Of a stretch of DNA of 64,000 bases, positions 50,975 to 63,632 are shown one piece after another. Positions within the stretch are counted from its first letter, which is position 1. Every line of letters starts with the position of its first letter. The stretch comes from Bigelowiella natans CCMP2755 (Eukaryota; Protista; Cercozoa). Made by a program: the position numbers and the translations under genes. The stretch lies in NCBI GenBank assembly GCA_000320545.1, contig ADNK01002459.1, positions 1-64,000 on the forward strand, in the 5' to 3' direction. The notes beneath the pieces were generated by a model. It saw nothing but the letters and a program-made list of their open reading frames with translations, did no database searches and was not told the DNA's origin.

Positions 50975-51153
50975 TTTCATTATGATCAGGTGGATGTGCT
51001 CGTTGCTGGTGTGGGGCCAGCGGGATTAGCTCTTGCAGGGGCATTGGCAAAGAGAGGGGTTAACGTCGGTCTTGTGGGGCCTGACACCCCATTCACCAAC
51101 AACTACGGTGTATGGCTCGACGAATTCAAGGAATTAGGGTAAGTAGTAAGAGG

Positions 51154-51205
<52 letters not shown>

Positions 51206-53785
51206 CTACCCCCCCCCCCCCCCCCTTCGTATTTCTTCTTTGTTTAGTCCGCATTCGTATTTATTCTACCCATGGCCGTTGATAGGCCAAGTTATTATTA
51301 TTATCATCATCATTATCATCATCATTATTATTGTTATTACTATTATCATTACTATTATTAGGCTGGAGCACACTCTGGAGGAGGTTTATGACGACTCTTT
51401 GGTGGTGGTGGATTCTGCAGTAGGTGTGCCAGTAGTAGCAGTAGCAGTAGGAGGAGGAGGAGAAGGAGGAGGAGTGCATCCTTGTTGCGTGCGTGTTAAT
51501 CATTTTCTTCCCCAAGCTCTTATTTCCTTTGCTGCTGAATAACATCGAGCCGCCTTATCATTTCCTAGAGCGCAACTATCACCTTCTTCCTAACCCGTCT
51601 CTCTTGCCCCCCAATCATCCTGCTCCTCCCCCTCCCTCCTCCCCACCGAACACCTCGTAAATTTCAGGGACCCAGCCTGTTGGACGCGCGTATGGGCGTG
51701 TAGGCCGAGATCTTCTGAGAGCGGAACTCCTCAAACGATGCCAGGCCTCGCCCGACGTATGATGATGATGATGACGATCCGAATAAATAAGAGCAATTCC
51801 AGCTCACCCCTCCCCGCCCTCCTGAAATGTTCCATACATTGCGGAAGATGGCTGATTGTAACGAGCCTTGCGATGATAGACTATTTGATTGAGATACGCT
51901 TGGCAATGATGAGAGTACTAATGATAGCTGCTATCGTCGTCGTCGTCGTCATCAACATCATCAGGGGGGCAAGGTGAGATATTATCCGGGAATGGTTCGG
52001 GAGGTGATTGATGAGCAAGAACTCGCCGATGAGAGCATCGGCCACACTGTCAAAATCAATGATGGCGCCGCCTTCAAGGCTAAAATGGTTGCGATGAGCA
52101 CCGGACATAACCGAGATGTGCTCAGCTATGAAGACGGCGTGCCTCCTCTTTGGCAAACAGCTTATGGCATCGAATTCAACATGCCGGACCATCCTTGGTG
52201 ATCATCCAAACAACGCTCACATGTCCTTCCTTTTTTCCTCTACATAGATATAATATATATACATGTATTTTATACCAGTGATGTGTGAAATTAGTGCAAA
52301 ACACAAACGTTCTTTCACATTTCCTTCTTCTTCCTCCATTGAAAACGTTTTTCCCTAAGTGAGAAGTAGTACCTGTGTTGTCCTAACTCTCATCCCCCCC
52401 CCCCCCCCCCCAACCAAACGACGACATCGACGACGCCTCAGGGACAACAACAAGGCCCTATTCATGGACCTTTCTCAGTCGGAGGGTGATGATCGCGGCG
52501 AAGTAAATGGTGGCAACGAGGATCTCCACCGTGTGCCTAGTTTTCTATATGTGCTTCCTTCAAAAGACAAAGTATGTTCAATCTCTCTTCGTTCTTCATC
52601 ATCGTCGTCATCTTTGCTGTTCTCATGGATATAGGTTTTCGTGGAGGAGACATGCCTGATATCCAAGGTACAGGTCCCCTTTGATGAGCTCAAAAGGCGT
52701 CTGTATCAGCGGCTGGAGCAGAGGTTGAACATTACTGTGAAGCCTGAGGACATCATCGAAGAGGAAGCTAGTTGGATTCCGCTAGGAGGACCTCTTCCAA
52801 AGGTTGGTTGGTTGTTGTAGCACTTATCCCCCACACATTAGCAGCAGCAGCAGCAGCAACAGCTTAATTGTACTTCGATCTCCCTCTCCCCTTCGAGATC
52901 TTCCTCCTCCTTCTCGTTCGCCCGCCCCCTTTTTCATCCCTTCTTCTTTCTTACAGGTCCCCCAACCGGTGTTGGGCTTCGGAGCTGCTGCGGGCTTGTC
53001 CATCCAGCCTCCGGTTACTCCATCGTGAATTCTTTAAGCAAGGCTGGCCCAGTGGCGGGATGCAATAGTGGAAGGTTTGCAGAGCGGGTGACCAAGAACA
53101 TCGTGCTGACAATGCTTGGGTATTAGTAGTAGCAGCAGCAGCAGCAGTAGTAGTAGTAGCTACGAGATGATATTTGTCAACGATGATGTCGTATCTGCTG
53201 CTGCTTTTGTCATCTGTCTCCTGTATTTATGTCTTCTCCATCTCCTTCTTTTCTTCTTCCTCCTCCTCTTCCTCCTCAACCTCAACCTCCTCCTAGGGTG
53301 TGCTGTGGAGCGCTGAGCAGCGGCGTAAGATGGCTTTTTACCAGTTTGGTGCCGAGATGATCTCCAAGATGCCCCTCCCCCTCCTGCAAGATTTTATGCG
53401 CACATTTTATGAACTCCCCGCGCCTCTGTGGAAGGGGTTCCTGTCACACAAGCTCTCCTCACCAATGATGGTACCGTTTGCCTTGGCGATGTTCGTCCAG
53501 GGAAGCAAAGACTTGCGACATGCTCTGATATCAGAGTTGGCTTCAAAAGAGGGCGTCAGGATGCTCGAGGCCGCACTTGCTCCGGTGTTTGCTGATGAGG
53601 ATCAAAGACAAGACAGCAATGATGGTGGTGGCGGTGGCGGTGGTGGCGGTGGTGGCAAAAAAGGCAGGGCAGTACTCCAGCAGAACGAATCAACGCGTGA
53701 GCCGCTTAAAGGCCTCTTTCGTAGGGGCCAACTTGCAACTGATTCGATACCGTCGGGCTACATAGAGCAGCCTACTGCTAAATGA
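46492..53785 (+). CDS. Plastid-targeted bifunctional lycopene beta-cyclase / epsilon-cyclase fusion (about 18 exons)
   Basis: Bipartite leader. Domain 1: DLLVVGCGPAGL, WPNNYGVWVDEF, PGYQAAYG, FMDWRD, PTFLY, EETSLVARP, CLIPMGG, GMVHPATGY. In-frame linker. Domain 2: QQEKLFDEQPKLVESLPP, GPDTPFTNNYGVW, QTAYG, EETCL, EEEASWIPLGG, QRRKMAFYQFG. Indels in exon 52957-53119. Confidence 0.9.
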
Positions 53786-54099
53786 TTATTCATGGGCGTC
53801 ATTAGATATACAGTTGTGTTTTTACACAAGTAATTTGCCTGGCGAGATATTAATTAAATACGTATATATCAGAGGTTATACTACAAAATATTAGATGATA
53901 CTTAAGAAGATGGAAGTTATTAAAAATTATTGTGCACACAACTAGACGGTAGACCCTATGTCAATTTGAACTTGGCATGTAGATGTTCACAAAGCTACAT
54001 TATTTTAGAATGGCATGCATGATAATTCAATTACAGCTGTAACTCGCAATGTACGTAGTGCTTTAACCTGTGCCCCCAACGTAGCAAACACAACCCCGA

Positions 54100-54700
54100 T
54101 TGCATGCATGTCTAGATGTAATTGCAGCAAGGCGCTGCATTCAGCGGAGTCGCATGACGTTCATCTAGGACTTCAACATCAGTAGATCCACACATGCTAG
54201 CATGCGCTGCACGCTACTTCGCGAACAACATCTAAGAATCATTCGTACACAGCTAGGTAACTAGTGATGAATCAATTCCATGCTAGCATGGCACGCAGCG
54301 CTAGAGCATGCTGACCGTGAACACTCAATCTGGCCAAAGATGCTCAGATGCTCAATGTCGAGCGACAGCAACAAGCAGATTCTGTGCAATTCAGAATCTG
54401 GAGATGTGCATGTGCGCATGTTGTGTGAAGTGCTTGATTAGTCAAGGTCGCTCCACTTGCTCCAAGCATGCATCACGTGGCATGATGCTGTTCGCACAGC
54501 GATCCCGCTGATCCACGCATCCCTGATGACACGTCCAACCAGTTGTGGTGCGCCAGTGCGGCACATGCAGCACAGCGTGCGCGCGTCCATGATGACGTGC
54601 GTCCTTAGCGTCCGTATCGCCCTTCCTTTCCTGTTTCTGCTCGTGCCCTTGCACGGCCTGCGAGCCAAAGTCCTGCTGTTCTTCTAGCTGCTGTGACATT
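54100..54700. other. TpA-depleted intergenic tract with CTAG survivors
   Basis: A single TA in 54304-54605; CTAG occurs repeatedly in 54110-54304. Confidence 0.8.
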
Positions 54701-55074
54701 GTTAGTCAAATCGTTTCCCGTGTGTGGAAGCCAAAGGTTGTTGCGCGTAAGGTGTTCACAGGCCGAGGCGCTACGTGCACAAGTAGGCAGGGGGGGGGAA
54801 AGGCACGTTTGCTTCCTTTTGAAGAGTTGTGTTTATTTTTATTAAAGATTATATTTTTATTAAATCGTGCACTGCGTAATCATTCGCGAAGCTTTCGCGA
54901 ATGCCGCCGCACGTGGGGCAGCACACTTCCGGTGTGCTGCCATGAGTCCCGCCGGAACCCACGTGCCTATGCTGTATTAATATCTACGTTATCTATATTC
55001 TATATCCGCGACAACCCCTTTGTTGTCGCACGTGACTTGTGCCCGCGTAGTGGTACGCGCTACAGAAAGAAACA

Positions 55075-55390
55075 CAGAAAGAAAGAAAGAAATGAACTTT
55101 GATGATCGATTGCATTTCCAAAGTGTTGCATGACACTTGCAAAGTGCGAAACGTAGTGCCTCCAAAGAAAGAAAGAAAGAAACATGATGATGGACTGCAT
55201 TTCCAAATCGTTCCAGTGTTGCATGACATCGGGATGCCAGCCCATCACAGAGGGCGCTGGCTCCCACCCTCGGCCACGGTGTGTCGCAAGTCTAGAAGTG
55301 CAGCCAAAAATGATCGTAAGTCTAGAAGTAGATCTAGATCTACAGCCAAAAATGATCGTGACGTAATGATGCAATTTCCACATGCGACAA
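55075..55390. repeat. Degenerate local direct repeats upstream of the K+ channel
   Basis: Two copies of (gaaa)n..tgatgat..tgcatttccaaa..gtgttgcatgaca and two of aagtctagaagt..cagccaaaaatgatcgt. Confidence 0.7.
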
Positions 55391-55701
55391 TGTCCTTCGC
55401 TGTCTCATTGGCTAAATTAGGCATCCGTCAGCCGTTTCGGTGCGTCATGCATCGGCAAGAGTAGTAACAAAATCTGTATCACCGTAATGTTTTCACAAAA
55501 CCTCCTCAATGTGCCAAGTCGTAGTTGAAGTTTCAATGGCATTTTCCGTTTACTTCTCGCCTTTTTGGGTATTCTATCGCTTCGCTACTGCTGTGGCAGG
55601 TTTCTCGCTTGGGCGACTCTGGACGAAGTTGTTCACGTTGAACTAAGGAAGGGGGGGGACTCGACGATAACTAGTGTCCCCCGCCCAGAGGATATTTCAA
55701 T

Positions 55702-58440
55702 ATGGCGCGGGGGCGGACTTCCTCGAGCAAAAATGGAAAGTCCAGCAAGTCGTTGACTTCGCAAGGTTCATTCTCCTCTGCCGTGGAGACCTCAATATTG
55801 GGTGGTGTAAATTACGCGAACGGTGGTAGTGTCCCACCTGGACCCTATGTTATCATGCATACAGGAGCATTTTATCAGGTCTGGTGGTACACAGTAGCAT
55901 TTTCTGCTGTAATATCTGGAATATTCACCCCTCTCATTATGGCCTTCTACAACGATCTCCTGTATGCAGAGATCCCTCTCGACATAGTATTCTACATAGA
56001 TATTGTCATAACGTTCTTTGTGAGCGTCCAGATTCATGGATGGACTATTACAAATAATTGGATCATCGCGCAAGAGTATCTTCGGTTCTGGTTTTGGATT
56101 GATCTCATAGCAATTATCCCGTTCGAGTTCATGGTCGGTGGGAACAGTCACGGGCAGTTTCTCAGACTATTTCGCCTCTTACGTCTAAGGAGGTTGTTTC
56201 CGCTGTTTGCAAAGGCTGAAAAAAGCCGATTCTGCAACTTTACTCTGGTCTCCGTCGTGAAATACTTCAGTATGGCAGCCTACTACGGCCATTGGTCGGC
56301 GTGCATCTTCTACGAGTTAGCAAGCATTCAGGACTATGATGAGGGCACATGGGTGGCCATCTGTGTACCAGGGTTAGAAAAACGACCCACCTCCATCCGA
56401 TACCTGATCTCCATTTACTGGGCCTTCACAACGCTCACAACTGTGGGCTATGGAGATATCTCGCCTCAAAATTCGGATGAGCGTGTTTGGGGTACCATCT
56501 ATGTCATCATCAATCTAGGTTTGCAGGCGTATATCGTGGGTAATATGACGGCGCTTGCGTCGAAGCCCGACCTCGAAACGCATCAGTTCCGCCAACAGCT
56601 CGACGACGTGCAGGTGTTCATGAAGCAGAACAACATCCCGCTGGCGTTAAGGGCACAAGTAATACAATTTCTGCAACTGCAGCAAAGAATGAAAACAACA
56701 GCAGGAAATGACCTTGTGAACAGCCTGCCATATGCCATCAGAATGCCGATCAAAAAGCATCAGTATTCTGAAATTTTGGAACAAATCGATATCTTCCGTG
56801 GGGTCTCCAAGCCATTTCTCAATATGGTAATGGCGAACGTGGAAGAAGAGGTCAGTCAGTTAAATGGGTCGTTGCGAGAGATCAGCAATCTTAAAATCGA
56901 AATAATTTCTTTTTGGGGTAATATATGGTCGAAATTTTGTTGATTTCTTTTGTTGGTGTTCCAGGTATTTATGCCGTCCATGCAAGTCATCAACTGCTCA
57001 GATTTAAGTTCCTCGTTTTACATGATTATTGAGGGCGAATGCGAGCTCCTCGTTTCCCCAACAGGCAACATCCAAGAACAGATGGACAATGAGGTTCCTT
57101 GTGCTAAGATAGGCGTGGGATCACACTTTGGCTGCGAGGGGTTCTTCTCTAGTTCAAATCAGCCATACACTATACGGGTTACCGAGGTGTGTGTGGTGAT
57201 GAAGATGGAGGCCAGAGTCCGCAGGATCATGCTGCAGCAGCATCCCCGCGATTTGCAAGTTGTAACAATTAACATAAAAAGGCGCCTCGAAATTATGATC
57301 GACATGATCACAGCGGGGCTACGTCCAAGCGACGAGCGCATCATGCAAAGGGGCAACAAAAACGAGGCAATTCAGAACAACTTCCTCGGGGGAGAGAAAA
57401 AGTCTTCTCTCAAGAGCAGAAACACCACCACCAAGCTCCTTGAAACGTACAGTTACAGCTAGTTTTTTTCAGTTTTGGCACTTTCCACATGCAACGACGA
57501 TACAGCATGTGTGCATCCTCATCATCATCATCATCATCATAACAACAACAGCAACAGCACTTTACCTCAACTACAACGAAAATAGGTATGACTACAAGCC
57601 GAGAAAGCGTAGAAGGGGACGCTCGAGCCGTCAGATATCTAATTTCAGTATCGAAGAATACAGTCGTCCATTTCTCATCTCCGTACACGAAGTGCGGCAA
57701 AACATAAAGCTGTTCATGGAGAGGCGAGAGCAGACCCTTGCATCGTTGTTGTGTCAACTAGCGTCAGTCGGGGATCATACACAGCTCCGACGAAAGGTAT
57801 GCCTTCTCCTCGGGGAAGAAGCAGCAGCAGCAGCAGCAGAGATTTTGTCAGAAGCTATCTCAGTATACAGAAGTTGTGCATTGTTGAAATTTTCCCCTTC
57901 AATACAAGGAAGTTTTTTTCATGTTATCGTCTTCCTGCCTCCCTAAGACCTTTACCAATCACTTTCCGTTCTTTTCCTCTGATATACGCGCACGCACACC
58001 TCAATTTCCTCTTATTCCCTCTTTGTCATTTTTGCGAATCCTCCTCCTCCTCCTCCTCCAGCTTCATGGGCTTGATCTCTCTGAGGATAGCGGGGACTAC
58101 GATGGCCGTGTGCCGCTGCACTTAGCCTGCTCCCGTGGACACTTGGAGGCATGCAAGGTGCTGTTGGAGTTCAAAGCCAACCCTTCGCATGTAGACAATT
58201 TCGGCGTGACTCCATTACAAGAGTGTGTGTACGCTGGAAACGACAGTGTACTAGAGTTTATGTTAAAAAACGGAGCCGAGTTGAAGATCAAGCATGAGGG
58301 GCAGAAGGTCTACGAGATATGTAACATTGGCGATATCAGGACACTGGGCTGCCTGCTCAAGGCAAAGTGCGACCCCAATGCCCAGAATTACTATAAACGC
58401 ACCGGCCTACATTCGGCTGCAACTGAAGGTGAGACAGAAT

Positions 58441-58478
<38 letters not shown>

Positions 58479-59036
58479 TATGTTTGCACCTCCATAATAA
58501 TTTTATACTCATTCACCAGCACACATACACGCATACACACATACATTAACACACACACATACACACACTCACGTGCTTATTATCTGCAAACTCATAGATA
58601 GCTTAAATGTGCGTGTACTAATGTCTGAATTGAAATGGATTCTCCCCCCTTTTCAGGAAATCTTTCAATTGTCAAGCTACTCCTTAAATACCGTGCAAAC
58701 CCCTATGTTCCGGACCGCAACGGGCTAGACGCTATCGATCAGGCCACGGAACTTCGAAATAAGGTTTTAATTGACGTAATGACAGAATTTGCTAATGAGC
58801 ATGGAATGAGCAAGGAAGTTACGCTGAAAAACCTCGAAGATTTAGCGAAAGCAGACGAAAAGGAAAAGGAAACATCCGGCGGCAATGCAGGGGAGAAACT
58901 CAATCCTGCACAGAAAGAGGGAAAGACAACCGAGACTAAGATAGGCGAAAAGAAAAAGAAAAAATCCGGTGGCGATGGAGGAGAGAATCTTAATGCTGCA
59001 CGGAAAATAGAAATGAAAGATGAGATGAAGGAGTAA
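55702..59036 (+). CDS. Plant AKT/KAT-like voltage-gated K+ channel with cyclic-nucleotide-binding homology domain and ankyrin repeats
   Basis: S4 LRLFRLLRLRRL, HWSACIFY, pore YWAFTTLTTVGYGD, AYIVGNMT, CNBD-like region (FYMIIEG..FGCEG), ankyrins DYDGRVPLHLAC, DNFGVTPL, RTGLHSAA. Confidence 0.93.
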
Positions 59037-60040
59037 ATGATGCTGGTCCTCTTTCAAGCATAGAACCGTTTTATTAGCTCTGCATTAGTTTTCTGAGCCA
59101 TTAAGACATGCTCGTCTTCGCAAGATGGGAATACACAATAACAGAGAGGATCAATTCCAGGAACCTGAAAATGATTTACAAGAACCGCTAAGTTCCAGAA
59201 AGAGAATATAGTGAACATCAACAAAGTCTAGTGTCAATATACAATGATAATAGTAATCCACAAAAATGTCTCGATATTTAATCTACTAACGTAAGTGCGG
59301 CAAGGGCCGCATTCGCACCACGAAAGTATACAGCAGCTGCCCGCCTGTGACTGCTCTCTCGCGCGCGCTAGCGAATTCATTGTGAGGTGTACTATACGCG
59401 AGAATGAAATTATTACATTTTTCAAAAGTCATTAAATCATCCTATATATGTATGAGCTGTGGCTTTACCGCTTCGGCTGCATCTGTTGGTTTCTGCAATG
59501 ATGTCATTCACATTAGCAAATGCATCATCGGTCATGCGCTCGCTACGTGCCGCCCGCGTGCAGCTACGCAAATTGCGTGGCTGTCAATTCTCGCAAGCCG
59601 CCTGCTGTTTCAACGTTTGCTGGCAAGATCAGATGCAACCATGACAATGTTTGCGAGGCTGTGCCAATGCTCATACCAACAAAATAATAGTCAAGACTAG
59701 CAAGCATTCGCTAATGGCAGACGTGCTTCGACGAGATCGATTCGGCGCGATGACTGGTGGCCATATATGCTCGATCAGTCTCAGCCACGCTACCACAACA
59801 ACGACAAGATGGCCTCACAATAACAACAACGATGTTGCATGTCATTGTATGGTGTCATGCATTTAAGTGCGGTCGCGGTGACAGCGGGTGCAAGGGGCGA
59901 ACCTGTATTTACATTGCTAACCTAGTAGAAAATGCACGTGCATGAGCGAATCTTGCATATGATTGTTGACCCGCTCAGCAACTTTGTGATTTTCGATTCC
60001 ATCTGTCAGCTGCTTTTCAAACCTGAGAAACCGCCCGACT

Positions 60041-62781
60041 TTACTGAAAAATCTCCTGAAGTTTCACCGAAGAAATAAAGCCTCCCTGCCCATTTCCACC
60101 CAAGCCCGTTTCCCGTTGCCATGCAAGCTCAAGCACCCCATTCTCTCCAATCGTAGCCGAATCTATTGTGTACGACAAAGGGGCCATAGGATACGGAGCA
60201 ACGTCGAGATCGTGTACCAGCTCCCCGTTCGCGCGTAAGCTAACCCTTATCTGATTGTTTTCCTCCGGAATGGTGCAACGGACAACGGTCAGGTTGTAGG
60301 CTCGGCCTCTGGAAAGGCCGGTGTACTTCAAGCGCATGATGTAGTCGTAGAAAGGATGAGCGAATCTCTGCCAAGCGATGGGAAGGTCAGTCTGAAGCGG
60401 CCTGAGGGTCGTTGCCTGTAGCGGTGTGAAGTAAAACGATGGGTCCGAAGTGGAACCCTCTCCCATATCGAGATGCATCTTCTCTGATAGAATCGGGCTC
60501 CCAAGTAAGTCTAAGTAGCCTCCCTTTTCCAGAATTCTTGTCTCCTCCGCAAGTTTTCTCACCGCGTTCTCACGGCGGCCAATCGGGAGTTGCAAGGCTT
60601 TTCCGACACGATCTCTTAAATAGTATAGGTCGCTGAAGTTGGCATAGAGGGAGCTCATTGCTAGCCCTGGAGACTGAGACTGGATCACGGACAGCCCGAC
60701 ACTCGTATTCAATAGCATTGTAAGCTCGCTTAGGCGTCTTTCGAGTAGAGAGATCGAGCGCTTAACACCTCTGGGGGTAGGCAGCCAAAGCAGCGAGGAA
60801 GCTTCTTGCAGTGCCTGTGTTGCTGATGAGGAATTGCCTCCTGAGGTACTGTGTTTGATAAGGATATCACGTGCCTTCTGCACGACTCTTCGTTCGAAGC
60901 GGGCCCGTAGGCTTACATGCAAGTCATAGTTTCCACGATGAATGTACATTTGGAGCCTCCAATTTTTTTGGCGTTGTTTTCCCCCAATGAGAGCAGCAGC
61001 CCATGCAGCCTCCAAGTCTCGCAGAGTTTTCGAGAGAACGCTGATGGCGTGCGCGCTGGAGAGATCGCCAGCCCTCCAGTTGTTCTCAAGTCCAAATAAA
61101 GCTTCTTTCATGAGAGAGGCCGCTTGGGAGCCGAAAAAATGCCGCGAGTACTGGACGACAATAGACTCCGCGCCAAGGTCGTCAGCAGCGCCAGCACACC
61201 ACACCATCTTGTTGAGATCATCGCCAGCTCCCTCTGAGTACCCACCGAACCCGACGAGTCGGCCGCCCTTGTGCTGGCTGCTAACGTACGTGCTGTTCTC
61301 CCTTAGAGTGAGAATATGATGAAACTGCTTAGGAGCGGGATTGACTGGATCGCGACCATGAGTCCACGCAAAAGCGGGGTCCCAGGCGGGAACTTCAAAC
61401 TGCGAGTGCACAGTGTGGCAGAGGTCGGGGTATTGCCGCACAAGCGTTCCATTGGGGAGCGAGCGCAAGAATTCAGTTAGTGGAACGCGGACATGCGGGC
61501 CGTATGCTACTCCTGTGAGCCAGCTTTGGACCTCGTTGCTGCCCACAAGCCGATAGAAATCCGTCATGTTCTTGCTGTCAAATTCCTGTGCGCTGACCCA
61601 TATTTCGGCTTCCGGGTGGAAGCCTCTTACGACTTTAGCGAGCCCCTCACAAGCCTCGAGGAAAGGCTTTGGTGCGAGTACAATACCCCCGTCGCCTCCA
61701 GGAACAAATATGGAGTTAAGTCGTGGAATGGTACGCAGGAGGTGCTTCGTCTGTGCAGGAGCCTCAGAACTGCCCATGTACAAATCAAGCGGGAACCAAA
61801 GACTGAGGTTGAGCTGAAGGCTTTCACTGAGCTTCGAGTAGTCAGCAATTCGCGGCACGTCTGCTGGAAGTTCAATATGAGCTAGCTCGATCTGATTTGT
61901 GCCGAAGATAGCGAGATCGTGCACATATTGCTTCATCGCCGAAGGCCATGGGTTGAAATCAAAGCCCCAACGCGTAAGCTATACGCATAATAGAGTTTAT
62001 CAGAAATATGTCATTCTCATTTTAATCATGTCAGAAGTAGAAAATTCACGAAGGCGTAAATGGTGTCAAGGATATGACGGCGTTGAATTAATCAATACGA
62101 TATTTTCCTTGTCTATCTATTTTGCCTCACCTGATGTCCACGGACGCGGTTCCACGGCTTCGGGGCATTGGCAACACAGTAGCATTTCTCACGCGGCATA
62201 TACAACGTGCCGTTGGCTGATATATCAGCATCCCGAAGGATCCTTCCAAGACCAAAAAGAACCCCCTTCTCGGAGTTTGCAGTAATGTGGAAAAATGCGG
62301 GTTGTTCTTGAACAATGGTTTCATTGTAATTGCTGTTCTCGCAATTGGTGAGTACATAACCCTCGGGATGTGATAGAGATTCGGAAACAGACTTCCGCCA
62401 TGCCTCTAGAGCTTCGTTATTTCCCCTGCCACAAAGTGCGTTTGAAACTGTATCCGTCCATGTACCAGCGCTCGTGACATCCTCCAACAACGTAATCGCC
62501 ACTTGCGCGCTAGCCACACCCGCCATATCTTGAATGTTCCCTCCCTCCATGTCGGCTCTACGAACAACCTCGGGTATGAAGAAGGAGTCTACAAGGCTGC
62601 GGACATAAATGGACGAATGGGCTTTTGGGCTGAGTATGACACTACCACCGGTTCCATTGTAACTAGCATAGCTACCGTAAACCCCTGTAAAATTAGTTAC
62701 TACCAAAGCCCTAGCAGGAGGCACAAGCAGGCCGAATAGGGCAGCCAAAGCGCTAAACATCCCCCTCCCTCCCTCTCTCAT
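60041..62781 (-). CDS. Secreted uncharacterised glycoside-hydrolase-like protein (GH20/GH67-type N-domain + barrel-like domain), one intron 61979-62130
   Basis: Signal peptide MFSALAALFGLLVPPARA; PEGYVL..ITANSEKGVLFGLGRILR; RVRGHQL..QYVHDLAIFGTNQIEL; FVPGGDGG; RQYPDLCH..WDPAFAWTHGRDPVNP; YSEG..DDLNK. Confidence 0.7.
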
Positions 62782-63632
62782 GATAATGTCTTATGAGAGG
62801 CTGGTCGGCTCGGAAAGGATACCGTATAGACGACACGTAATTTGCTCGGGTATTCTCTTCATGCGACAAGCCAAACGTTCAACCATTCAGAGCAAAAGGC
62901 AAATAACAACAAACCCAACGCAAAACAACCGAAATCTTTGTGCCTCTGGGCGGGGATCAGACGCAATTTGCAGGGCGAGCGCTACCGAAAGTCGCAACGG
63001 AACATGTGGCCTCTTTTTTTATGGCGAAATATCCACATGAAGCCACGTGGATGACACCAAGATTTGCGGCGCGCCGCAGGAGAATTTTCTGACTCAGCGT
63101 AGCACCACGAACAGGTTCGAGAGCATATGTTCGCACACGTGGGTGGTTTTGGATTCCGTAGCGGGCCGAAGAGGTCGACGGCAACAAAATCACCTCTATT
63201 TCGCCCTCCGATCTTCTTCTGGATGTCGCATTCTTACCGATGAAATAAGCACTCAAAGTTTCGATCAAAAGTGCGACTCCTGGCTCGATTTCCACAAAAA
63301 CCACTTTATATTTCTTCTGTTCCGTGCTGCACGGGTCCACCCTCTATTTCTGAAATAATCACGCCTGGTTAACTGAGATTTCAATGGAAGTTTCGGGCTG
63401 TCCCCAGTAGAAAGACAGCAAAATATTGATAAATATATAAGACGACATGCTAGTATTTTTGTCTCAAAGTTGAATTCTCCGTGACTCACTCTCTGGCTTG
63501 GGTTTGCGGCAAGCATACTACATCTGAAGGACTCCGCCCTTCCTGTTGCCGCCTCCCCCCATTCCTCTCAACGAAAAAGGGGGCGGAGCAGGGAATTACA
63601 TTTTGGATACGGTTTGTGAAGATTTCTTGTTG

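Noticed and set aside
62957-63358. 127-aa and 103-aa overlapping ORFs between the GH-like gene and the kinase
   Set aside because: No motifs; probably promoter/UTR sequence.
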